DNA of 64,000 bases. Source: Anthoceros angustus (lineage: Eukaryota > Plantae > Anthocerotophyta). The DNA lies in assembly GCA_010909165.1 (NCBI GenBank), contig MU008154.1, positions 795,478 to 859,477 on the forward strand, written 5' to 3'. Below the pieces are notes generated by a model, which was not told the DNA's origin, did no database searches, and worked only from the letters and a program-made list of their open reading frames with translations. Positions 50,101-62,057 of this stretch are shown here, piece by piece (the stretch's first letter is position 1; each line of letters begins with the position of its first letter). The position numbers and the translations under genes were made by a program.

Positions 50101-51700
50101 TCTTCCTCCTCCTCGTGGCGAGCATGTGCACCTTGGCCACATGGCGGTTGGACTTGGTGTGGCTGGCCACAAGTGGAACAAAGCAGGTTAGCCGAGAATC
50201 GGATGCGCTCTCCTCTTCTCATGCTCCTTCACGCGTTGAGGTGAAACTTCTCGAATTTGCTCATCATTTCCTCCATCTTCATTTCTTCTTTGTTGCACCT
50301 TCTTGCCTTGACCTCCTCTTGACTTGTTCCACTTCCTTCTTAGCACTAGCGACCTCTTGTTTAGCCGCTCCTTGATCCTCTCCGAGGATTCTTCCTTCTT
50401 AGCGGCGTCAACCTTCTTCTTCTTCTGCGTCTCTGGATTCTTCCTCCGTCTTGCCATCCTCAGGAAGAGTCCTCCAGTCGAGTCTTGAGAGGAGTCACTC
50501 TCCTGAAGATTCTTCCTCCGACGAAGATCCCTTGTCCTTCTTCCCTCGCTTGGACTTCTTCTTCTTGCTCTTTTCCTTCTTGTGCTTCTTCTTGTCCAAG
50601 GAGTTGGATTCTTCGTAGTTGAGTGCCGCCTTGATGGCCTTGTCTCGTCCTTCTCCGCTGCGGCCTCACATGTCGGCCCATCTCGGGATCTAACCTTAGC
50701 AAACCACCGAATGGCACATCGTAGTGAGGACCACTACGATCACGCAAGTTAAGAAACCTCTCAACATAAGCTTGCAAGGTCTCCTTCCTTCTTCTCCTCA
50801 AAACTCCAACTTTGACAACACGTAGCCTTCTACATCTATTCCCTGAACCTCTCACAAAAGGCTTTCTTGATTCGTTGAAGGTTCTTTGAGTCTTGATGCC
50901 TTGAGGTACTCCCTCTTGACTTGTTCCACTTCCTTCTTAGCACTAGCGACCTCTTGTTTAGCCCCGCCAGCTCCCTTGATCCTCGAGCCTCCGGTTTCTT
51001 CACGACGCCAACCTTCTTCTTCTTCCTGCCTCTCGTCTTGAGGATTCTTCCTCCGTCTTGCCATCCTCAGGAAGAGTCCTCCGAGTCCGAGTCTTGAGAG
51101 GAGTCACTCTCTCAAGTTCTCCTCCTCGAAGATCCCTTGTCCTTCTTCCCTCGCTTGGACTTCTTCTTCTTGCTCTTTTCCTTCTTGTGCTTCTTCTTGT
51201 CCAAGGAGTTGGATTCTTCGTAGTTGAGTGCCGCCTTGATGGCCTTGTCTACGCCCTTTCTCCGCTTGACCTCACATGTCGGCCCATCTCGGGATCTAAC
51301 CTTAGCAAACCACCGAATGGCTCAGAATCGAGTGAGGACCACTACGATCACGCAAGTTAAGAAACCTCTCAACATAAGCTTGCAAGGTCTCCTTCCTTCT
51401 TCTCCTCAAAACTCCAACTTTGACAACACGTAGCCTTCTACATCTATTCCCTGAACCTCTCACAAAAGGCTTTCTTGATTCGTTGAAGGTTCTTTGAGTC
51501 TTGATGCCTTGAGGTACTCCTCTTGTACCACTTGGCTGGCCCTCGAAGAACTCCGTAGAAGAGTCAATGCGCAGATCCCAGTTCACGATTTGCAATGGTT
51601 AGTTGCTCAAAGCGTTCAACAAACTCGTCGGATCTTCATACCCTTCTTCTCTCCATACGGTGGGTATGCTTGGCAAGTTATTGCAAAAGGAACTCGCCAT
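44157..51700 (-). pseudogene. gag-pol of the Athila-like element, frameshifted, with internal duplications
   Basis: Gag ATG at 51700; protease LDTGSG (~48725); RT LDGYSGYNQ...FGLTGAPGSF...FMEVFLDDF (47191-47658); RNase H YTTIEREAL; integrase to ...PGKLHLRWMGPY...VNGWRVKKY. Duplicated blocks at ~44985-47220, 48705-49300 and 50315-51520. Confidence 0.93.
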
Positions 51701-52054
51701 GACGGTCGTCACTATCCCAAAGAACGCAGCTTGTTGGTCTAGCAACAGGATCTCTAGCAACGCCCGTCAAAAGTTGCCGAGTTCACAAGTGCACAAGTTC
51801 GACGGAGGTCGGAAGACAAGGATGGCCGCCCACCTAGCCCTGCTTGCTTCTTGGCTCCTCCAGCACGCTACTTTGTGCTCTCCTCGCCTCTGCACCCTCG
51901 CCTCCACGGCTTGACGTTGTCTTCTTTGAGTCTTCTCTTCACGGTGGGTCGGAACTTTCACTCAATGGGTAGCATCCATGTATCACACTCAAGACTCCCA
52001 ATACACTACTAGACAAGGTTAGTCTACTCTAAGGTCTTGACAACAATGACACTG

Positions 52055-52064
52055 AACGGCGCCA
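52055..52064 (-). promoter_or_regulatory. Primer-binding site, tRNA-Asp type
   Basis: TGGCGCCGTT, 3 nt after the LTR end CCACA; the Athila-type PBS start. Confidence 0.85.
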
Positions 52065-52067
52065 AAA

Positions 52068-55000
52068 TGTGGAGTGATTTTCTAAACCAAGTGGTCACAA
52101 AGAGGCCACATTTACCCTCTTTATCGTTGTAGACTTGAGATTGCAAAGGGAGTGATTTCGTGTCAAGACAACCAAAACATAGCCAATCCAACCAAAACAT
52201 GACATACAAAACATCTAGCTGCACAAAGCTACTATCCTAACAACACTGCAGGCTATCTTAGCCACGCGACCTGTTGCTACCTTAGCAACGACCACCTTGC
52301 TATCTTAGCAACCACCCTCTATTTTAGCAGTGGGACCCATCTCGGTTCAGCTATTAATAGAAGGGTGGGGCCCACTTGGGGTCCAAGTGGATAAGATTGG
52401 ACACCCTCTCTCTTATCCTTCCACAAAGTCGATCCACCAATCGTGGTTGCCGATCACACAACCCACCTCCTTACTGTAACACTTCCCGGATCTCTCTTTC
52501 TTCCCTCAACCTTTCAGCTTTCCTCCCAAGCTTCATACAGTCCTCCCAGCTCCACTCAGGTACCTCTTGCATCTCTCTCCACTCCCCAAGTTCCCTCTGC
52601 AACTCCTTCGCTCCTTGTTCTCACACCTCACGGCCTCATTCAATCTCCACTTTCTCGGCCAAACATCACTTACAGACTTCTCAATCCCTCTTACTTCTCT
52701 CCACAGTAATCAACAACTCCCCATGTTCTCCTCTTTCTTCCTCCTCTCACAGTTCACTTTTCGCTCACATTTTCCATACAAACCCACGGACTCCGTCTCA
52801 CTTGACCTTCTCTTCCACCCACGGGCTCCCGCCTTGTCTCCTTTTCCCACATGACCTTGACACCTGAAAAACTCAAACACAAGGTGAGTACTAGACAAGG
52901 CGAAGAGAATGAGTAAGAGAATGGACAGCCTCCCGGCTTCACAACCCCTTCCTCTTATCCTTGGGAACTCCTCCAAGGAGACCACAGCTCCTCCTTGCTT
53001 TCCACCACTCTTGCGGATCGGTCACAGATCTGGGCAACAGTAGTCTTCTCGGCTCCTCCTGTGGGAGAAGCAGTGCCTAGACTCACGGCCTTTGGATCAG
53101 TACCCCCAAACCCCGTGCTCGGAAACAGACTTTAGGCCAACATTGCTTGCATTTCATCAAGAGGGGCCTCTTATACCCAAGATCATTACAAAAGCGCTTG
53201 GGCTTGCCAAAAATACCAATCGGTCTTAGCCTACCAATCCTAGAGGCCTATCTCTTAATTCTATCCACTATGAGGGAAGATTAGTCTATAACACATGGGC
53301 CTTAGCTATTTGGCCACTTACCCTATTATCCCTCACAGGCCTCCTAGGCCGCCATGTTCTCCTCTTGCTCTTCTCCTCTTGGCTGGTTGGGCAATCTCTC
53401 CCACAAATCTCCACCTCAGCTGGACTCCTCCTCTCTTGTGCTCGCCGCGCCTCAGTACTCCTCCTCGGTGAGCTCTTGAATCTGGATGGGTCGTGAGTCT
53501 CCTCGTAAGTCCAACCCATAGGTAGGATCCGGTGCCGTCAAGGCATGGATCAAGTACCTCCATGTCCCCGCTCCCCAACAACTTTTGTTTGTCCTCCTCA
53601 CATGTATCTTGATAAGCATCCCTTTCTTCCTCCAACCTTTCAGCTTTCCTCCCAAGCTTCATCCTCCTGTGCTCACAGCCTCGAGGTACCTCTTGCATCT
53701 CTCCATACTCCCCAAGTTCCTCCAGCAACCCCTTCGCTCCTTGTTCTCACACCTCACGGCCTCATTCAATCTCCACTTTCTCAAAGAACATCACTTAGAC
53801 TTCTCCAATCCCTCTTACTTCCTCCCAATCAAGAACTCCCCATGTCCAAATTGCTCCACTCCTCTCACAGTTCACTTTTCGCTCACATTTTCCAAGCATA
53901 CAAACCCACGGAGTCACTTCACCTTCTCTTCCACCCACACAGCGCCTTGTCTCCTTTTCCCACATGACCTCGACACTGAAAAACTCAAACACAAGGTGAG
54001 TACTAGACAAGTCAAGAGAATGAGTAAGAGAATGGACAGCCTCCCGGCTTCACAACCCCTTCCTCTTATCCTTGGGAACTCCTCCAAGGAGATCACTGTT
54101 CCCTCCTTGCTTTCCACCACTCTGATCCGGGTCACACAGATCCGGGCAACTTGGTAGTCTCACTCCTCCTCCGTGACAGAAACGGTCAGACTCACAAAGA
54201 TCGATCCGTACCAAACCCCGTGCTCACCCAAACACCGAGACTTTAGGCCAACATTGCTTACATTTCATCAAGAGGCTGCCTCTTATACCCAAGATCATTA
54301 CAAAAGCGCTTGGCCTTGCCAAAAATACCAACTTTTAGCCTACCAAGCCTAGAGGCCTATCTCTTAATTCTATCCACTATGAGGAAGATTAGTCTATAAC
54401 ACATGGGCCTTCCCTATTCAGGCCACTTACCCTATTATCCCTCCCTGGCCTCCTAGGCCGCCTAGCCCCATGTTCTCCTCTTGCTCTCCTCTTGGCTGGT
54501 TGGGCAATCTCTCCCACAAATCTCCACCTCCTCGAGCTGGACTCCTCCTCTCCTGCAGGCTCAGATAGCTCGGTACTCCTCCTCGGTGAGCTCTTGAATC
54601 GGATGGGTCGGCCGAAAGTCTCCTCCGTAAGAGTCCAACCCATAGGTAGGATCCGGTGCCGTCAAGGCATGGATCAAGTACCTCCATGTCCCTCTGCCTC
54701 GGCCTGCTTTGTCCTCCTCCGTCTTCCCTTCTCTTCCTTGTGGCTTTGGTCTTGAGCTTGTTAGCTTGTTGCTTCCTAGCAACAGTGGTCTCGAGTGTTG
54801 CTTCCTAGCAACGGCGGTTGCTTGCTTAGCAACCTCCTACTAACTCAAGAACATTCTTCCATAGGAGCCTCGCCTCTTCCACGGTGGCCCTCCTTGCAAT
54901 CCCGGCCCTCTTGGCCTCCTTCCACTTTCCTAGCCTCGTCCCTCTCCTTCTGTAGAGCGAGGGCATCCGAGGTTTCACTGCACTTGCATCCGAATAACAT

Positions 55001-57458
55001 TCTGCAGCCTCCCATGGTGCTGTGTCGGAGAGCCGAGCCATGAGGCTTCCTCGTCCTTAGACTCCGCAACCCCCTGACCTTCCCTATTTCCACTTCCAAG
55101 CCGCTAGGCGTCCCTCCAAAACCTCCTTCTCCTTCTTCATCTTCCTGAGCTCCTCCACCGCCTTGTTGCTTCCTCACTACCGTAAACCTAACAAGGAGAG
55201 GACCAGAGCTATCTCGATCTTCCATCTCGCCACAGTGCGTGCCATAGCTGAAACCAACTGTAGGGTGATGTTAGGTCCCCACCTTGCCGGAATGGGCTCC
55301 TTCCTATCTCGTCAGACCGTCACAACTTCCGGTATACTTGAAAGCCACCCTGAATGTAGTCACTTTCTCGGATCGGCTGGTGTGCCCAAGGTTGGGTGAT
55401 TCCTCCTGTTGACTGTGGTTTCCCACTCCCGGATATTGGTGCTGCCTCGGCCTTGCCCTTGTCTTGCTCATCTGTGTGAGCTCCCGTGCGCTCTTGTGGC
55501 TCTAGGTGTTGTTGGAGTCCCCGTTGCTCCCCGGCTCCTCTTGGTACCTGCTCTCGTAGCTGTTGCTGTTTTGTTAGCAACATGGTGCTACCTTAGCCAC
55601 GGTCACATTCCTTTTCATGGACACTTGACTTCTCATCTTCACTCCCAGCACCGGAGATGGCCTCTTCCTCCGACTCCTCTTGGGCTTCCTTCTTTCAAAC
55701 ACCGGCCTTAAATGAAAGGTCGAGACCATCTCCATTCCCTCCAAAGAACTTGGCATGGTCAAAACGTGGATTAAGAAGGGAGATAGAGCTGAGGGGCTAG
55801 GTGATGGTAGGGTCAAGTGGTCCCTCTCGCACGCCGTGGTCATAGAACATCCCGCCCAATCTATCTTGGACCCTCTCACCACCTCATAGAGAAAGACAAG
55901 GAAATGGTCGAATGTGCTCCAGCTTCTTAGTGAGCCGAGAGCACAGTGATCCACTTGGCTAATCCAGCCCTGGTCTAGCTTGTTGGTGACCCAGCCATTC
56001 TCCACTCTAGACAATGTGGGAGCAATGATGGCCAGGCCTCCTGCGACTTTTGAGGAGATGGTTTCGAAAGGGTCAATGATTATCCGCCACATTCCTCTTC
56101 GTCTCTCATAACAATGAAATGAATATCCACCGGGGTTGGTCCTCACGTTGCCTTCCTATGGCCTTCTCCTCATGCGCCTCAGACACTCCAAAACCAACGA
56201 GGGGCTATTGTAGCACCACTTTTTGTCCATGAAGGACAGTGATGCTTAGCCACCAAAGACCCCGCCTTCACTCTCCAAAGGTTCCCATATTGGGCCATTG
56301 GGCAGAATGGCCTCAATGGCGACCGGAGTATTCTTCTTAGCGCCATGCTCGTCCCAAATTCCCGCTTAGCCCCGACCGCAAGACTGAGGATCCTGGAACA
56401 TCACGCCGGCCTACCACGGCAAGTGTGAGTGTCCCGCCTGATTTTACTCGAATCGCAAATCACGCAACGGACCGGTGCACCGCCTCCCTATCCGCCGCCT
56501 GTGACCGGCCGTCGATTATTCCAGCCCCTCGTGTTACTCCTGCTCCACGGCTACTCAAGATGCCCAACGACTTTGTGGCGTGACCATGCTCCCCGCCTCG
56601 GTTATAAGAATCCCTATGTTTTCTGTGACATTCCTCGATGCTTCCTGCGCGTGCCGTCCCGACCACACCCCGCTTTTCCACCAATTTTGCGGACGGTTCC
56701 TCTGACCACTTCACTGGCCCTATCCAACCCACCGTGCTTTTCCCAACTTCCGTGCACGGCGGCTTTGCCCGCCCGGCCTCCGATCACGCCGCATCCTCCG
56801 GACACCACCAATCGATTCGGTCCTCCTGCGCTCTGTGATGCCAGCGACTCGCCACCGCCCTATCCAACCCACCGTGTTTTTCCCAACTTGCGGCACCACT
56901 GACTGCCCGCCCGCCTCCACCTCCGCCGCATCCTCCGGACCTGCCACCAATCTCGATTCGGCTTCTCGATGCCTTCGCGACCCTGCACCACCTTGTGTCC
57001 TTCGGCGCTCGCCTCAGCCTCCGTCCACAATTACGCCCGAGCTTGAGGCGCGCGCCTTCAATCCGCCTGATTCGATGCAAATCCTCTTCCCGCCATCGTT
57101 TTAATTGCCAATAGGACCCCTTACTTCCCGCTTGGGTATTCCTTGTAATTCCATCCGATTGATTTTCCAAGTCATTGAAAGAAACTCCAACTTGGTTGCT
57201 ACCATAGCAACAGTTCCCGAGTCGGTTGTGGTCATAGCAACAGCTGCTAGCAACGGCCCTAGCAACTGCTAGCAACCGGCCGAGCAGCCAACCCTCCGTG
57301 GTTCCCAGATCGTGACTAGACCTCTTCCTCCTACTAGGCTCTAGTAGACCTTTCTTTATTTCCTAACCTACTTCACATTCCCACTCCACACGATTCTCGC
57401 AACTTAAACACAAAACAAAAAACACTCCTTTCAGGGGGTCAGTACCATGTGGTCACCA
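52068..57458 (-). repeat. 5' LTR (~5.4 kb including a ~1.1-kb internal duplication)
   Basis: Colinear with 39605-44121; ~52500-53570 repeats at ~53620-54690; terminal 2 nt missing at 57458. Confidence 0.88.
54389..56346 (-). pseudogene. Second copy of the LTR-embedded accessory ORF
   Basis: ATG at 56346; ORF-track fragments 55574-56146, 54845-55225 and 54389-54643 match 40822-43180. Confidence 0.75.
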
Positions 57459-58666
57459 GTCAAGAGGAAGGGGTTGAAACGGGAGGTTCCATCTTCCTCA
57501 TTCCCTTGACTAGTCTAGTACTCACCTTGTGTTTTGAGTTTCGTGTGTTGGAGGTTGGGTGTTTCGGGAGAAGAGAGGCGGGAGCCCGTGTGTGAGGAGA
57601 GACAAGGCGGGAGCCTGTGTGTGGAGGAGAAGTCAAGGGAAAGTCAAGTGAGTTGGAGGCCGTGGGCTTGTGTGTTTGGAAAATGAGAGGAAAAGTGAGT
57701 GAGAGAAGTGGAGAATCTTGGACATGGAGAGTTCTTGATTGGCTGTTTGAGAGGAGTAAGAAGGACTGGAGAAGTCTGTAAGTGATGTTTGTGTTCTTTG
57801 AAGAAGAGGCGTGAGTGGAGGTTGAAGATCCGTGAGTGGATGAGACGGAATGATTGCGGGAGGTAGCTGAACAAGTATTTTGAGAGTTGGTGAAGTGCTG
57901 TAAGGGCCTGGATGAGAACCTTATGGGGTGGAGAGGTCTTGTGGTGAAGTGGAGATTGAATGGGGCGGTGAGATGTGAGAACAAGGAGAGTTGAAGAGAG
58001 TTCTTTGGGGAGACTTGGAGAGTGTGGGGAGGCTGCGAGAGGCACCTCAAGGGGCTGTGAGCTGGAGGTGTATGGAGCTTGGAAGGTGAGCTGAAAGGCT
58101 GGAGGAGAGACAAGGAAGTCGAAGAAGTCTTTGCAAGAGAAAGGGGTAGTTTGTGTGGTGCAACCCTTTATGCCGTGAGTTGTCCTAGGTTTAGGTTTAG
58201 AGATTAGGGTTAGGGCCGGCTGCTTATGTTGTCCATAAATAGTGTGTGGAAAAGGTGACACGTGGCTAACTCGATTGGTGGATCTAACTTTGTGGATAGA
58301 TAAGAGAGAGGGTGTCAACCTTATCCACTTGGATCCCCAAGTGGGTCCCACCTTCTATTAATAGCGGACTGATCCCAAGGTGGACCCCACTCGCTAAAAT
58401 AGAGGGTGGTTGCTAAGATAGCAACCGGTCCGCTGCTGCTAAGGTAGCAATAGGTCAGCGTGGCTAAGATAGCCCGCAGTGCAGTGTTAGGATAGTAGCA
58501 CATGCATCGCTAGATGTTTGGTGAGTCTCGTGTTTTGGTTGGATTGGCTATGTTTTGGTTGTCTTGACACGAAATCACTCCCTTGGGTACGAATCTCAAG
58601 TCTACAACGATAAAGAGGGTAAATGTGGCCTCTTTGTGACCACTTGGTTTAGAAAATCACTCCACA
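57459..58666 (+). repeat. Inverted, more diverged 3' portion of a related LTR
   Basis: Reverse complement of ~52068-52960 with extra segments; ends AAAATCACTCCACA at 58666. Confidence 0.88.
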
Positions 58667-60468
58667 CCATTGTAGTGTTTTCATGATAGTAGGTAATGTA
58701 GTTTGACAAAAGGGCTACAATTGCATGGGCCGCCTGACAGCATACATTCAAGCATGTGACAAGGGCACATACATACATTCACGTACGGCAGGGATCCAGG
58801 CACAAACCCTGGCAAAAGTAGTCGTACGAGGCCGTGGCGAATTTTGCACAAGACACACGTTACTGCAACTACTGGTGCGCAAGAGGGGCCTTGGATTAAG
58901 TCTGGTATACGAAGGTCACCCAGTCCACTTCTTCATCTTTTGTATATCGGCATACTTCCCTTCATTGGATGCTACGCTACTTTTCGTACATAATGGATGC
59001 CTTTAAATGAATTCTCAACACCCATCCCAGCATCCTGCTCGTTGAAATATGATGCACCTATATTTGCGTGTTTGCTGCGCGTATCTAAGGTTGCATAAAA
59101 TAGAGGAAAAGAGGCTTTGTGGACTAAGCCCTCTTTCCCTAGACATTGAACGTTATCCTTGATTGTCACTACGTTCGTGATCACTATTGGTGCACTTTAT
59201 TTACTTCGGAATTTCTTTCCTGTTTGATGATGAAAGGATGTCATCATTTCCAATCTAGATCGGCTTGTGCTGGGTGATAACACTATTTTCTTTCACTACG
59301 ACTCTTCAACGAAAATCAAATAATTGAAATCATAAAATTAAACTGCAAATTCTCTCAGCGATTGGTGATTTGAGGAAATGTATGAATTGATCCATAATTT
59401 ATGCTATACTTCTATGTAGATGTAGATCCTCTATATGAGCTCGATTTGTTGGTCGATCATATCATGATTAGGCAAGGCCCCTTGTTGGCAGCACTCGGGG
59501 TGTGCTAGAGTTAGAAACAGGGGCCAAGAAGTGTATTCAAAGCTGTCCCTGCACATCTATAAGCTGGACCCATGGCTGAGTAGTGGGCAATATGATAAGT
59601 GTGTGTGTGTGTTGTGCTGGAGCTTTGGTAGAAGTGCAGCCGCCGTTGCTTTTATTTTGTCTAGAAGTTTGAGCAGGCTGGAACTATAAAGCCAAGCTCG
59701 AAAATTGTAATCACAAGCCTTTTTCAAAGACAGGGCATTTGCCCTTCTGCCTCTAACTGTTTCCCTTGTGCATGGTGTGATGATGATGGCTGGTAAACAG
59801 GTGGGCTTAGAAGCCCACCCCTCCCTCCGGTTTTTGGCTTGTTGTGTAGAGTTTTTGAGAGTGCCCACTTTGCATTGACTCCCAGGCATATGATGCAATA
59901 GAGTCGGGTCATTTACATCTCATGTGCTGACCCTTACAAATGAAAAGACTAACTCTACTCACACCTGTTTCTGCTCTCGTTGAGATAATGACCTGCTGAG
60001 CAACATTGTGCTATGAACTATTGCCACTAACCGTATGAACTATGGCCACTAACCGGAACTCTGCATGTCCAAGCTGGGAATTGTCCTAGTCCTTTATGAC
60101 GTGCAAAAGTGCAGGCAACCAAGTTCCTCCATTGCCGGTCATAGGTCTTTGCGTGCAACTGAGCCTACGCCCCGAGAGGCATATCCATTTCATTAAACTA
60201 TGCCCGACTTAACATGACTCTCCCCTATTACTGAAGTAAAGTGTAACCGGAGCCGGAGCGAAGGCGGAAGTCTGTTTGCACAACGCGTAACGAAAAGGGC
60301 GCTGCCAACAAGGAGAACAGGCTCGGGCGCGGGGTGTCCAGCGAGTGGGCTGTCACTGCTGCAAAGGCTACAGATCGTGGGACTCAGGCCCTGCACACGA
60401 CCCACCCACAACCCAACCCTTGCCCCGCCACCCACCCAATTTCCCCGCACCAGTCCCGTGCCGCTTCT

Positions 60469-61617
60469 ATGGCCGCGCCGGGCACTGCCGAATTCGACCA
60501 TCTCTTCAAGCTGCTGCTCATCGGGGACTCGGGCGTGGGTAAGAGCAGCCTGCTGCTCCGCTTTACCGCTGACACCTTCGACGATTTGGCTCCCACCATC
60601 GGTACATGCCATGCCGTCTCTGCCTGCTTCCCTGCGCTGCCTGGCTGGCTTGATTTTGCTGGCAGGCTGGACCGAGAGGAGGCGGGCCGCTGAGCTGTGG
60701 GATATCCTTTTCGGCAGGTGTGGATTTCAAGCTCAAGTTGATGACCCTGAGTGGCAGGAGACTGAAGCTCACAATTTGGGATACAGGTAGGTCGCCGGCT
60801 CGCAGCTCGGGGCTTGGGGCTTGGCTGGTTCAGGGTTGGAGACTCATGCTGCCTTTGTTGTGTGGCGGGTTGGTGCAGCCGGGCAGGAGAGGTTTCGGAC
60901 GCTCACCAGCTCCTACTACAGGGGGGCGCAGGGCATCATCCTAGGTTGCTGTTGAATTAAGCTTTTGCTGCTGCCTGGCTTGGGAAACCCATCCAGCTTG
61001 CTTCAGGGTTGGGGCAATATGCCTTCTTCTGCTCGGCTGAACCCTAGTTTCTGTGGTGCAGTTTATGACGTGACACGCCGGGAGACGTTTACAGATCTTT
61101 CGGATGTGTGGTTGAAGGAAGTGGATCTTTACTCCACCAATCCCGATTGCATTAAGATGTTGGTCGGCAACAAAGTGGACAGGGTGGGTGGTAAAATGAA
61201 GCCCTTGAGGGAGGATGAGCTAGATGTTTGTGATCCAGAATCTTATAATTTTCTTCACTTCATGCCTGTTTGCTCAGGACGCAGAACGCCTTGTGTCCAA
61301 GGAGGAAGGTGTGGATTTTGCCAGGCAGCACGGATGTCTGTTTCTCGAGTGCAGTGCTAAAACTCGCATCAATGTGCAACAATGTTTTGAAGAACTTGTG
61401 CAAAAGGTGACTACTGCTTGCTGTGCTGCTCCAGCTGCCAAATCTGTTGCAATGTTTGTCCGTCAGACTTGCTTTGGTAACATGTCCTCTTATCATGTGA
61501 CAGATTTTGGACACGCCTAGTTTGTTAGTTGACACAACGGGGTACAAGAAGCATATTCTTAGACCAGGGCCTTCCCAGACTACCGCAGCCGAACCCAGCA
61601 GTGGCTGCGCCTGTTAA
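60469..61617 (+). CDS. RABC1: Rab18/RabC small GTPase, 210 aa; exons 60469-60601, 60718-60786, 60879-60944, 61062-61183, 61278-61406, 61504-61617
   Basis: [45 protein letters not shown]-terminal CAC prenylation motif; all introns GT-AG and frame-consistent. Confidence 0.96.
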
Positions 61618-62057
61618 TATGTGTTATACCTTGGATAATTGAGGTTACGGCTTCCAGTGCTCCATGTATTCCTCTTGCTGGCGGTACGGCTATTTTTTCT
61701 GCATCGGCTGCCTAAACTATGGGCTCCGCAGTTTTGCAAGGGCCAGGGACCGATTTTTAGAATAAGAGGGTTGCTGTGTGCGACCCTTGGGAAATGGTTA
61801 AAGGAGATGACCTCCTGCAGATTCTGGAGGACCAGATCTTCAGTTGAACAAGTGCAAGCTTGCTCCGTTCTCCAACATAGATTTCTTTACAGGTTCTACG
61901 TTGTACAACGGAGGTTTGAAACTGCTGTGCACATGGTTCAGCAGGATTATGGAACAACATGTATGGCACAGATGTTTATGTATATAATCTAATAGGTAAA
62001 AATACACGCAGAGTGTGGCACAAGTCCGTTTTCGATAGCCTCTGTTTGTCATGAGCG

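Larger units (their letters stand above)
39605..57458 (-). mobile_element. Full-length Athila-like Ty3/gypsy retrotransposon with giant ORF-containing LTRs
   Basis: Direct repeats 39605-44121 and 52068-57458, TGTGG...CCACA termini, tRNA-Asp-type PBS, PPT, and gag-PR-RT-RH-INT between them. Confidence 0.92.

Noticed and set aside
58678-58693. Possible right end of the CACTA-like element (TTTTC-ATGA-TAGTAGG)
   Set aside because: It needs a 4-nt insertion to match, there is no TSD, and the interrupted integrase does not resume afterwards.
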